From Mobula hypostoma (taxonomy: Eukaryota), in the NCBI RefSeq assembly GCF_963921235.1, contig NC_086097.1, positions 19,594,001 to 19,658,000 on the forward strand: 64,000 nucleotides of DNA, written 5' to 3'. A model generated the notes under the pieces. That model worked only from the letters and a program-made list of their open reading frames with translations, was not told the origin of the DNA and made no database searches. Below are positions 51,932 through 63,530 of the stretch, piece after piece (positions within the stretch are counted from its first letter, which is position 1; each line of letters opens with the position of its first letter). The position numbers and the translations under genes are program-made.

Positions 51932-52744
51932 TAGGTTTAATCCTCTTCTCATCTTGTACACCGTTATCCACATCCCAAAGTCGTGCGGGTTGTTAAGTCG
52001 ATTAGTACTATAAATCACTGAAGGTTTGTAGATGAGTGATGGAATCTGGACTGGAATTCAAAGTTCAACTACTCAAAGTACATTTATTATCAAAGTATAT
52101 ATGCAGTATACAACCGTGAATTTCGTCCCAATCAAGATCGCACAAAATAGCAATAAAAAGAGGAGTAACCAGAAACCCATATAACATGAACTGCAGAGTT
52201 CTCTGAAAATGAGTCCAAACCACAAACCGCCACTATTAAACCTTGCCCCAGCCCAAGACCCTGGCAGCATTGAGCAAGAGGGAGAGAGAGACCGGTCAAA
52301 CGCAGGCAACTTCCTCCAGTAGCGGAGAGGGAGAGAGAGACCTGTCAATCACAGGCAGATGAAGCTGAATTGATGAGTGTAACAAGAACAACAAAAATGG
52401 ATGACTATAGGATTAGTATAAATGGGTGGTTGATGGTCAGTGTGAATACAATGGGCTGAATGGCTGGTTTCTCTGCTGTACCTTTCTGTGACACTGTCAT
52501 TTATAAACAGGATAACAGATGCTCGAGGAGTGAATTACAGACTAAAATCTCACCTAGGGGTTCAGATGATTTAATTCTCAAATGGGTACGTACTTGGGAG
52601 CTTGTTACGGGCTCAAATCTGAATGATGGGGTTGGAGTTGTTGATATTGAATGAAAGCTAGAATCTGTCAGAGAGTTTAAAGCGACCCTGTGGGTGGATT
52701 CAGTCTTTGCTTCATCTGTGTGAAGTTGTCAGTGGTGTTTACAG

Positions 52745-52861
52745 GGACCAGCGTATCAGCCAGGATGTGGAGCGGTTCTGCAGAGGGATGGGAACAATGG
52801 CCACCAACCTCATCATCTCGCCCTTCACCCTGAGTTACTACACCTACCAGTGCTTTTACAG
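52745..52861 (+). CDS. ABCD4: ABCD4 exon 5 (117 nt)
   Basis: TTACAG|G...[46 protein letters not shown] (completes the ABCD-family NPDQRI motif). Confidence 0.96.
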
Positions 52862-53826
52862 GTAACACACAGATGGTTGTGGGGAGGGACTGGGTCAGAA
52901 TAGAGAGACTTGGACTTGGCTCCTTTTAGATGAGACAGACTTGTCCAATCTCAGTCACACTAAATGAGTCTTTAATGCATATCTTGTGATGTCTCACTCT
53001 TCAGCCTCACAGTCTTTGTCCCTGATGTCAACTTCATCCGATTTCCTCGTAACTATCTGAAACTTCACCTGTTTGCAACTTTACTGACTTATTTGCTGCC
53101 TGTTACAGTGCTGGCGTTCAGGGCAACAATGTAAGTCCTCCATCTGTCTATCCATTCCATCGTACACAATGAAGAAGGATTTTTTTGACCAGTCAAGGTT
53201 GTTGGTCCTGAGCAGAACCACCGAACCAGGAGGACCAGTGGACCACTCTTGGTCTGGCCTCTGCCCTTTGACCTGTAAAGCCCTGACTCCAGCCAACGTC
53301 GCTCTCCAGGTCATTGAGGCACACAAGCCTCCAAACCCTATGACAATGTTGTGGTTCTCTTGGAGGTTTAACCTCGAGATGAGCTTCACGACACGAATTC
53401 CAACCCTGTCTCATTTCCAAAGGAACTTGCTCCAATCTGTTCATAAATCTTCATTCTAACACATGCCTGGCTGGTTCCCTTAACCCACCCTCCACAAGTA
53501 TGTCATCTGAGCTCTGCTGTCCACGTTCTAACACACACTGCTTTTGTTAAAGCAAGGCTTTGACTTTCAAATCCTCACTCTTTCACTTGCCTTCCTCTGT
53601 TCTGTATCCATAATCTTTCCCCTAATACTGAGGTGTTAAGTTCTAAAATTTCCTTCCTAAACCCTCACCACCTCTCTCTTTCCTCGAAAATGCTCCTCTT
53701 TGATCAAAGGTTTGGTCATCTTTCTGAATCACCCCTCAGCTATATCAGTCTGCTGTCCATTGAAGTCAGGATGTAATTGGAAGTGGCTGTGGTTATGTGT
53801 TAGTGAAGGGTCTCCTGTCTTTACAG

Positions 53827-53952
53827 TACAGGTTGGTTGGGGCCCGTTACCATCTTCATTTACTTCCTCATTGGCTCAGTGGTCAACAAGGCTCTGATGG
53901 GGCCGATTATACCAACCCTCGTCCAACAGGAGAAGCTGGAGGGAGACTTCAG
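53827..53952 (+). CDS. ABCD4: ABCD4 exon 6 (126 nt)
   Basis: TTACAG|T...[50 protein letters not shown]. Confidence 0.96.
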
Positions 53953-54089
53953 GTGAGAAACTGTGCTGGAGTCGCTTGTCTGCTTCGCACCTCTTCCACT
54001 TGGTACCGGTGTGCATGAGGCAATAGACAGTGTACGGTTTACAACCTTCAGTGTGCGCTTCTGTGACTGAGTTGGCAAATAAGGACCTA

Positions 54090-55000
54090 GTCCGGGGTGG
54101 CGAAACTTTTTGACAGCGTGCGCCCAAATTGGCGATAATCTTCTTTTAAAAAAAAAATTCTCTCATATGCCATCATAATTTTTAGCAGAGATTATCATTG
54201 ATTTTAGGGCGGCATGGTAGTGTAGTGGTTAGCACAATGCTCTACAGTACAGGCAACACGGGATTAATTCCCATCACTGCCTGTAAGGAGTTTGTACGTT
54301 CTCCCCGTGACTGAGTGGGTTTTCTCTGGGTGCTCTGGTTTCCTCCAACAGTCCACAGACGTACTGGTTGGTAGATTAATTGGTATTGTAAATTGTCCTG
54401 TGATTAGGCTGGGGTTAAATCTGGGGATTGCTGGGTAGCGTGGCTCGAAGGATGGGAACTGTATCTCGATAAATAACAATAATTACGGATTTTTAACAGG
54501 AAAAAAGGATGAGTCTTGTTGCTTATTTTCATGTATTCGTTGTTTTACTATTATAAATGTCTAAGAGATAGATTGAAATAAATTAAGCGTTTTGGAAAAC
54601 CTATTCAAAAAGTATTAAAATACATCTTTTAAAAAGACAATTGAAAGATAACATTTCTAAATAGTTTATTGTAACCGTTTACTGTCCAAAAAATTGACGT
54701 GTAGACCAAGTCTGCAAGGATTTCAGATCAGATCATACAACGTCACGTGTTCTCGCAAAAGTTGGTGCCAAGCCAGCGTGAGACAATTCCTGTGAAAATA
54801 TTTCACTGCTCTTTGGTAGTAAAGACTCATCAGCTACTTCAGTTGGCAGTAACGATAATCATTATGTATCTTTTTATTATGGGCAGGGTTTAAAGAATCA
54901 AGGGGTGACATAATCATTATGTATCTTTTTATTATGGGCAGGGTTTAAAGAATCAAGGGGTGACATTGCGTGCTGCATGCCAGCAAAATTTTTGTGCCAT
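54090..55000. mobile_element. Probable hAT-type non-autonomous element, interrupted by a SINE and cut by the Penelope insertion
   Basis: Left end CCGGGGTGGCGAAACTTTTT resembles Charlie-type TIRs; no matching right TIR seen. Confidence 0.4.
54855..54964 (+). repeat. Perfect 55-bp tandem duplication (2 copies)
   Basis: ATAATCATTATGTATCTTTTTATTATGGGCAGGGTTTAAAGAATCAAGGGGTGAC x2. Confidence 0.95.
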
Positions 55001-55009
55001 CCTTTGATT

Positions 55010-57450
55010 CCAGTTCCTTTCTGAGGCTGTAGTGTTGACTGGGTAACTTGCCCTGTCATCCCGCTCTGGTCTTCTGCCTGCTCTGGATCTCTTTATTGCT
55101 AACTGCCGACGGGACATCAACCGTCTTGACTTCACCGCACCTTGTTCCCATTCCAACCTTACTCCTTCCGAACACTGTGCTGTCCACCCCCTCCGCACTA
55201 ATCCTAACCTTATTATTAAACCCGCCGATAAGGGGGGGCACTGTTGTCTGGCGTACTGACCTCTACCTTGCCGAGGCACAGCGACAACTCACGGATACCT
55301 CTTCTTATTTACCCCTGGACCGTGACCCCACTAAGGAGCACCAGGCCATTGTCTCCCACACCATCACTGGCTTTATCCGCTCAGGGGATCTCCCATCTAC
55401 TGCTACCAACCTTATAGTTCCCACACCCCACACTTCCCGTTTCTACCTCCTACCCAAGATCCACAAACCTGCCTGTCCTGGCAGACCTATTGTCTCAGCT
55501 TGCTCCTGCCCCACCAAACTCATTTCTGCATACCTTGACACGGTTTTATTCCCCCTTGTTCAATCCCTTCCTACCTATGTTCGTGACACTTCTCACGCTC
55601 TTAAACTTTTCAATAATTTTAAGTTCCCTGGCCCCCACCACTTTATTTTCACCATGGATGTTCAGTCCCTATATACTTCCATCCCCCATCAGGAAGGTCT
55701 CAAAGCTCTCTGCTTCTTTTTGGATTCCAGACCTAAACAGTTCCCCTCTACCGCCACTCTGCTCCGTCTAACAGAATTAGTCCTTACTCTTAATAATTTA
55801 TCCTTTGGCTCCTCCCAGTTCCTCCAAACTAAAGGTGTAGCTATGGGCACCCGTATGGGTCGTAGCTATGCCTGCCTTTTTGTTGGCTTTGTGGAACAAT
55901 CTATGTTCCAAACCTATTCTGGTATCTGTCCGCCACTTTTCCTTCGCTACATCGACGACTGCATTGGCACTGCTTCCTGCACGCATGCTGAGCTCGTTGA
56001 CTTCATTAACTTTGCCTCCAACTTTCACCCTGCCCTCAAGTTTACCTGGTCCATTTCCGACACCTCCCTCCCCTTTCTAGACCTTTCTGTCTCTGTCTCT
56101 GGAGACAGCTTATCTACTGATGTCTACTATAAGCCTACTGACTCTCACAGCTATCTGGACTATTCCTCTTCTCACCCTGTCTCTTGCAAAACCCCTTCTC
56201 GCAATTCTTCCATCTCCGCCGCATCTGCTCTCAGGATGAGGCTTTTCATTCCAGGATGAGGGAGATTTCCTCCTTTTTTAAAGAAAGCAGCTTCCCTTCC
56301 TCCACCATCGACTCCGCTCTCAAACGCACCTCCCCCATTTCATGCACATCCACTCTCACTCCATCCTCCCGCCACCCCACTAGGAATAGGGTTCACCTGG
56401 TCCTCACCTACCACCCCACCAGCCTCCGGGTCCAACATATTATTCTCCGTAACTTCCGCCACCTCCAACAGGATCCCACCACCAAGCACATCTTTCCCTC
56501 CCCTGTCTCTCTGCTTTCCGCAGGGATCACTCCCTACGCGACTCCCTTGTCCATTCGTCCCCCCCATCCCTCCCCACTGATCTCCTTCCTGGCATTTATC
56601 CTTGTAAGCGGAACAAGTGCTACACATGCCCTTACACTTCCTCCCTTACCACCATTCAGGGCCCCAGACAGTCCTTCCAGGTGAGGCAACACTTCACCAG
56701 TGAGTTGGCTGGGGTGATATACTGCGTCCGGTGCTCCCGATGTGGCCTTCTATATATTGGCGAGACCCGACGCAGACTGGGAGATCGTTTTGCTGAACAC
56801 CTACGCTCTGTCTGCCAGAGAAAGCAGGATCTCCCAGTGGCCACACATTTTAATTCCACGTCCCATTCCCATTCTGGTATGTCTATCCACGGCCTCCTCT
56901 ACTGTAAAGATGAAGCCACACTCAGGTTGGAGGAACAACACCTTATATTCCGTCTGGGTAGCCTCCAACCTGATGGCATGAACATTGACTTCTCAAACTT
57001 CCGCTAATGCCCCACCTCCCCCTCGTACCCCATCCATTATTTATTTATATACACACATTCTTTCTCTCTCTCTCTCTCTCCTTTTTCTCCCTCTGTCCCT
57101 CTGACTATAGCCCTTGCCCATCCTCTGGGTTTATTCCCCCCCTCCCCCTTTTCTTTCTCCCTGGGTCTCCTGTCCCATGATCCTCTCATATCCCCTTTGC
57201 CAATCACCTGTCCAGCTCTTGGCTCCATCCCTCCCCCTCCTGTCTTCTCCTATCGTTTTGGATCTCTTCCTCTCCCTCCCACTTTCAAATCCCTTACTAG
57301 CTCTTCCTTCAGTTAGTCCTGACGAGGGGTCTCGGCCTGAAACGTCGACTGTACCTCTTCCTAGAGATGCTGCCTGTCCTGCTGCATTCACCAGCAACTT
57401 TTATGTGTGTTGCTTGAATTTCCAGCATCTGCAGAATTCTTCGTGTTTGC
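55010..57450 (+). mobile_element. Penelope-like retroelement, 5'-truncated (RT + GIY-YIG + terminal repeat), frameshifted, in ABCD4 intron 6
   Basis: FYLLPKIHK..PGRPIVS, MDVQSLYTSIP, GVAMGT, RYIDD, FLDL, YYKPTDSH (55048-56259); GVIYCVRCSRCGLLYIGETRRRLGDRFAEH (56681-57007). Confidence 0.92.
57315..57350 (+). ncRNA. Minimal hammerhead ribozyme motif in Penelope terminus
   Basis: AGTC-CTGACGA-GGGGTCTCGGCCT-GAAA-CGTC-GACT. Confidence 0.7.
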
Positions 57451-58073
57451 GTTTACAAAACTGTATGTGTCTGTGCACTTCAGCACATAAGTTGTCAGTG
57501 TGTAACTGTCCTCACTCACTCCTTTTTATCTGGAGTTTCAGTCACAAGGCTGTATGATAAGATTCTCTCTCCCATGTGTGCAAAGACTTTGTTGAAATAG
57601 AATTTGTAGCCCATGAAGATTATTTAAACAGGCTTTGTTAGCTAAAGATCTGTGCTGATTAATTGGATTCTGTAAATAAGTAGGCTGTTTACCATAGGAT
57701 AAGATCTGCTGTGAGTTTTGATCTATCTTCAACCTCATTGGCTATCAAAATGCAGTCGGTGTTCACTCTGGTTATTTAGTTAGAGGCGTATGACACTCAG
57801 ATGCTGACTAGGTCCAAACAGGATCTCGTCCTTAGATGTCAGCGGCACATTTCCCACCACAGATCTATTTAATTATTTTATTTCGCGATACGGCATGGAA
57901 CAGGCCCACTGAACTGCCCAGCAATACAACAACTTAGAGTCATAGGAAAGTACAGTACAGAACAGGCCCTTTGGCCCATCAAGTCCATGCCAAACCATTT
58001 AAACTGGCTACTACCATTGACCTGCATGAGGACCATTGCCCTCCACCCTCTTAAACAATGAAATCGAGCTCAC

Positions 58074-58373
58074 GGGCCGGCTGGTGGCGCAACGACATCA
58101 GCGCCGGACCCGGCAGTGGAGGATCCTGGGTTCGAAACTAGTCGGGTCCGCTCCCAAGTGCGCTTTCCATCCGTGCCGTTTCGAGTGTTGAGATTGCAAC
58201 TCGACCTCATAAAATAAAGGGAGAATACTGCGAAAATGTCTGTGTGGGGAGTGGTGCGCCACACAGTCTCTCTCTCTCTCGCTCCGCGCCTTGTGTAAGC
58301 CATGAAAAAGACATCATTATGGACACGCAGACGCACAGATTCGCACGCATGCAGGCACACGCCAAAAAAAAAC
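58074..58373 (+). mobile_element. tRNA-derived SINE, full length, A-tailed
   Basis: A-box-like TGGCGCAACGA, B-box GGTTCGAAACT, A9 tail, TSD CGAGCTCAC at 58065-58073 and 58374-58382. Confidence 0.85.
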
Positions 58374-59695
58374 CGAGCTCACATGCGGCACTTACACTGG
58401 CAGCTCGTTCCCCACCCTCATGATGCTGAGTGAAGACGTTTCCCCTTGTGCTCCCCTTAAACTTTTCACCTTTCACCCTTAACCCATGACTTCGAGTTGT
58501 AGTCCCACTTAACCTCAGTGGGGTGGGGGGAGGAGCCTGCTTGCATTTACCCTATCTATACCCCTCATAATTTGGTATACAAAATTGTTAATTCTAGCCT
58601 AATCACAGGACAATTTACAATGGCCAGTTTACCTACTAACCAGTATGTCCTTGGACTCGGGAGGAAATCAGAGCACCCGGAGGAAACCCACTTGCACACG
58701 GGAAGAAGGTACAAGCTTTTTTCCAGAGGAGGCTGTCCAGATGCTGTCGAACTCACTGAGTTGCCCCAGCAGTTCATCTTTTTCTCAGGATTCTATTATC
58801 TGCAGTCTTTTGTGTCTCCAGAATCTGCCAGGGGTAGTTGAGTACAGGGAGAGATAGAGAGGGACTAGGATTCATGAGCTGACACAGACTCAATAAGCCA
58901 AAGTGATCTCCTTCTCTGACACAAGGATATACAAAATATGAAATAGTTTGCTACATCTTCCTTATCTGTCCAATAATAATTTTAAGGATCTCAGTCAGCT
59001 TCCCCTAAATCTTCTCTTCTGTAATGAGACAATGAAACTTTTGGGTTCTTTTTTTAAAAATTGAAGCTTAACGTTCTTGTTCCCCATTGTTTCTTTAATT
59101 TGCACACTGCGGAAATCAGAACTCTGCTCACTGGTCTGACTGAGAGCTGGCCAGCCTCACTAGTGGAATACATTGCCTCGTTTGGTAGTGACAAGTACCT
59201 CCATTTCAGTAGTAATTGATTTTTGCCTCAGTGTAGGTTTACTTGTCTCTTAATTCACCACCACAGACCGGGTGACCAACATGTCATTCTGGGGAAAAGT
59301 CAGAGGCCTGATGTCCGTGAGTCCTCGAGGCCAATGGAGACTGGAGGGGGCCTTTGCTGGGGCAGGAGGACTGTTTGTGTGAGTGGGTTGGTTGTTGGAA
59401 TGATGGTGGAAAGAGGATTCTTTCACGATTGTTTCGGTACTGTTGTTCTGCTAAACATTGTGGGCAGGCTATGTTGGCACAGGAATGTGTGGTGACTCTT
59501 GCAGGCTGCCCCCAGGTTGTGTTGGTTGTTAACCCAAGTGATATATTTCACCACATGTTCTGATGTACACGTGATAAGTAAATCTGGAACTGTCCGAGGA
59601 CTGGAATGTTGGGGGGGTATGGGCTCTGAGAGAGAGGATGAGCGTGCCTGGCTTCAGAAGGAGATCTCTAACCTCTTGCTGCCTCTCCACCGCAG

Positions 59696-59746
59696 GTTCA
59701 AGCACATGCAGATCCGTGTCAATGCCGAGTCGGTGGCTTTCTACCG
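59696..59746 (+). CDS. ABCD4: ABCD4 exon 7 (51 nt)
   Basis: CCGCAG|G...CG|GTAGGT; FKHMQIRVNAESVAFY-R (ABCD EAA-like motif). Confidence 0.96.
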
Positions 59747-60512
59747 GTAGGTTACAGGGCTATGATCGAACGGCTTCCCTGTGTGAATAACCTGTGAACA
59801 GTGTCTGTCTGTCACAACGCACAGAGTAGGAGCATGGATCCTGCTAAGAATAGGGGATGAAATGCAAAAAGGAGGGCAGTCTTGGGCGTTGGTGAGACCA
59901 CATCTGGAGCACTGGCTGCAGCTGGAAAGGGAAGGGCGTACGCCAGAGCTCAGAGCTTCACTAGATTGGTTGCTAAGAGCTCACACTGACTGAAATATAA
60001 GATTTTGAAAGGATGGATACAGACAGGATATTTCACCTTGTGGGAAAATCTAATTGGATTTGTAATTGGCCTATTATCACTGACATAGTGCAAAACTGGA
60101 ATGGTAAGGTCATGTTTATGGACTGTTCAGAAATCCGAGGGAAGAAGCTGTTCTTAAAACATGGCAGGTGGATCTTCAGGCTTGTGTACCTCCTCCCTGA
60201 TGACTGTACTGAGAGGAGGGTGTGTCCCAGGTGCTGAGGGTTCTTAATGATGGACGCGACCTTCTTGAGAGGGGGGTTGAGGGAAAACAAAATCAGCCAT
60301 TTGTGGATGATGGGGCAGGAATGGCCTGGTTCTGCTCCTGTACTTTGGGATGTGGAAAGGCTGTGTGTGAGGCAGAGGGTTGACTGTGAGCACTTGGTAT
60401 TTATGGGGCGAGGGAGGGGAGGCTGGCTAGGGCGGATGGTTGAGGTGGACGTGCAGGACGGGCTTCCTCACTCCCGGCTGTGACCCGATTTGTCCTGCTG
60501 GATTGATTCCAG

Positions 60513-60607
60513 AGCTGGGCAAGTGGAGCACATGCGGACCCACAGGATACTCCAGGAATTGCTCCGAACGCAGCGGAAACTGATGGGCCGGGAACTGTGG
60601 CTCTACA
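60513..60607 (+). CDS. ABCD4: ABCD4 exon 8 (95 nt)
   Basis: TTCCAG|A...[38 protein letters not shown]. Confidence 0.96.
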
Positions 60608-60958
60608 GTGAGTAGAGTGGGGGACCGTTAACGGTGGGCGCGTGGGAACCGTGTGTAGTGGGTGCGCGGACGTACATGGTGAGGAGCTGAGGTCTGTATA
60701 TATGTGCGTGAACCACATGACTGCTGGAACATGTGTGCACACTGGTTCTGAGTGTATACCGGATGTGCGCATAGTGTTCTAGGGGAGAAGATCCATGTTG
60801 TATTGGCCCAATACCCAGGGTGGAGGTCTGGGATGTGCATCTGAACCTGTGTCCTGGGCCCATAAATGAGCCAGCGGTAGGAGTGACTCCATTTAAGGAT
60901 GGGAGGAGGAGCAGGACATGCCGAGGTGTAGGCGAAACTGCGTGTTTCGTCCAATGTC

Positions 60959-61326
60959 CATAGTCATAGTCATACTTTATTGATTCTGGGGGAAATTGGT
61001 TTTCATTACAGTTGCACCATAAATAATTAAATAGTAATAAAATCATAAATAGTTAAATGGTAATATGTAAATTATGCCAGTAAATTATGAAATAAGTCCA
61101 GGACCAGCCTATTGGCTCAGGGTGTCTGACCCTCCAAGGGAGGAGTTGTAAAGTTTGATGGCCACAGGCAGGAATGACTTCCTATGACGTTCTGTGTTGC
61201 ATCTCGGTGGAATGAGTCTCTGGCTGAATGTACTCCTGTGCCCACCCAGTACATTATGTAGTGGATGGGAGACATTGTCCAAGATGGCATGCAACTTGGA
61301 CAGCATCCTCTTTTCAGACACCACCA
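60959..61326 (-). mobile_element. Young Rex1-type LINE 3' fragment in intron 8
   Basis: VVSEKRMLSKLHAILDN...GGSDTLSQ*; (ATGACT)n tail. Confidence 0.85.
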
Positions 61327-61730
61327 TCATGACCAATGCCCTTGCTGTGCCAAGTCCAGAGACCAATTGTCCTATCTTGAGTTTACAGATGGACGAAGCC
61401 TCTCCCTTTCCCAGACCCAAGTCTGTATTATTTCACTGCGAGGTTTAAAATTAAAAAGAATTGCCAAAAACCAGAAAATGCCGGGAGCACACAGCAAGAT
61501 GGACTGTGTCTGTAGAGAGAATGAAACAGAGCTAATGTTTCTGGTCGATCTCGGATTCCTGGGTTGTTTTTGCTACTGGTGTTTTGACAACAGGTGTCCC
61601 GAGCCGTACACCCATGGTAATCTGTGTGCAGACTCTATGTAACACCAGCTGCCTCATCCCAGGTTAAATAACTGTAATAGGTGAAGTATCCTATGTAATT
61701 CTTGTTTAATGCGTTTCTCTCTTTCCTCAG

Positions 61731-61852
61731 TCGGGGTGAACATATTTAATTACTTGGGCAGTATCGTCAGCTACCTGGCCATAGCCATCCCCATCTTCGC
61801 AGGACGGTACGACGCCCTTTCCCCAGCGGATCTCATTGAGCTCATCAGCAAG
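61731..61852 (+). CDS. ABCD4: ABCD4 exon 9 (122 nt); gene continues beyond the window
   Basis: CCTCAG|TC...[50 protein letters not shown]. Confidence 0.96.
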
Positions 61853-61885
61853 GTACGGCCACGGCTTGTGTACCACCACCACAAA

Positions 61886-62113
61886 GCTTGATTAGTGCAT
61901 CCTGTTCCGTTGCTGCACCTCTCCACACCCTGTGGTACATCGGGCAGCAGTCTTGCCATTTCTTTAGCATTGTGTCTGTTTTTTACGAGGCCGAGTTGCT
62001 CGCTCGACGCTCAACCCAGCACGGATGGAAAGCGTACAGGGAGCCGGCCGGATTCGAACCCGGGACCACTGGCCTTGAAGTCCGGCGCAGATGCCGCTAC
62101 ACCATTGGCTGGC
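61886..62113 (-). mobile_element. tRNA-derived SINE related to 58074-58373
   Basis: Minus strand: TGGTGTAGCGG A-box, GGTTCGAATCC B-box, shared body CGCTTTCCATCCGTGC...GCAACTCG.CCTC.TAAAA. Confidence 0.75.
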
Positions 62114-62989
62114 TAAATAGACCTTCACTTTTCCCTTATATAATGCAACATGTCATACGCGTTCCTCCCCTCTAAATCCTGTCCGCCTCTCTCTATGCTG
62201 TACCTTATGGCCCACATTGTAACCCAAACTCCCCTGCCCTGGTCAGCCGCTCTATTGCGCACCCCTCCCTTGCCTTGGGCACCCTTTTCTTACCTGACTA
62301 ATTGTACTGTCCTCAAGGATTGTTCATGCAGTGGGGCTTTATTCAGTGTAACTTCTTCCCTTAAACCTGAGGCTTTTCTCATCCTCTTCCTGTGTCCACA
62401 GTTCCTGGGTCACGGAGGGAAATCTCACTTTAGTCCCTGGAGTAAACTGGCCAGAACTACTTGCTTTACACAGCTGAGTCGCCCATCTGTATGGGAGGGG
62501 TCGTGACTGTCACGTGACAGCACTGCCCATTTACCTGGTCAAAAGACACGCCACCTGCCGATCAAGGTTTGACCCCTCCTCGCCCACCAATGCACACCTA
62601 ACCATTGGCCCCTTTAATTAGCCTTGTACTTGACCTTGGGCAATTGGCCTTTGTAATCAACTTAACCCTGCTGGCACTGAGCCATTGGCTTCCCTGTGAA
62701 TCACCTGGGCTGGACTCATCAGCCCTGCTGCACTGAGCAGTGCCTGAAAACTTTCAGCCCGGGCAGAACGTGCAGAAGATCGGGGTGGGCTGGAGTTGCC
62801 AATTCCACTAGGACTTTCCTGGACATCCATACCAGCACTATTCCAGTGGCCTGTTGGTTGGTTAGCCAAGGGGATTAATCTTGACAGTTAGCATGCAGGA
62901 TTGCTTGGGTAGGGAGAAAGGGATTCATTGTTGTCCCTCAGTGCCTTCATAGCAAGCCGAGGTCAAGGGGAAACGTCAAGTCATCACCT

Positions 62990-63530
62990 CAGTTTAATTC
63001 CACATCCCATTCCCATTCTGACATGTCTATCCACGGCCTCCTCTACTGTAAAGATGAAACCACACTCAGGTTGGAGGAACAACACCTTATATTCTGTCTG
63101 GGTAGCCTCCAACCTGATGGCATGAACATCGACTTCTCTAACTTCTGCTAAGGCCCCACCTCCCCCTCGTACCCCATCTGTTACTTATTTTTATACACAC
63201 ATTCTTTCTCTCACTCTCCTTTTTCTCCCTCTGTCCCTCTGAATATACCTCTTGCCCATCCTCTGGGTCACACCCCACCCCCCTGTCACCTGTCCAGCTC
63301 TCGGCTCCATCCCTCCCCCTCCTGTCTTCTCCTATAATTTTGGATCTCCCCCTCCCCCCCCAACTTTCAAATCCCTTACTCACTCTTCCTTCAGTTAGTC
63401 CTGACGAAGGGTCTCGGCCTGAAACGTCGACTGCGCCTCTTCCTATAGATGCTGCCTGGCCTGCTGCGTTCACCAGCAACTTTGATGTATGTTGCTTGAA
63501 TTTCCAGCATCTGCAGAATTCCTGTTGTTT
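62990..63530 (+). mobile_element. Penelope-like element 3' end + terminal repeat in intron 9
   Basis: Near-identical to 56848-57445. Confidence 0.85.
63397..63432 (+). ncRNA. Minimal hammerhead ribozyme motif in Penelope terminus
   Basis: AGTC-CTGACGA-AGGGTCTCGGCCT-GAAA-CGTC-GACT. Confidence 0.7.

Noticed and set aside
60401..61046. Minus-strand ORFs overlapping exon 8 / intron 8
   Set aside because: Antisense frames without recognisable motifs; expected in GC-rich sequence
62035..62113. tRNA-like sequence with CTTCAAG loop (apparent UCA anticodon)
   Set aside because: No convincing cloverleaf, no resemblance to tRNA-Sec, and it continues into a SINE body shared with 58074
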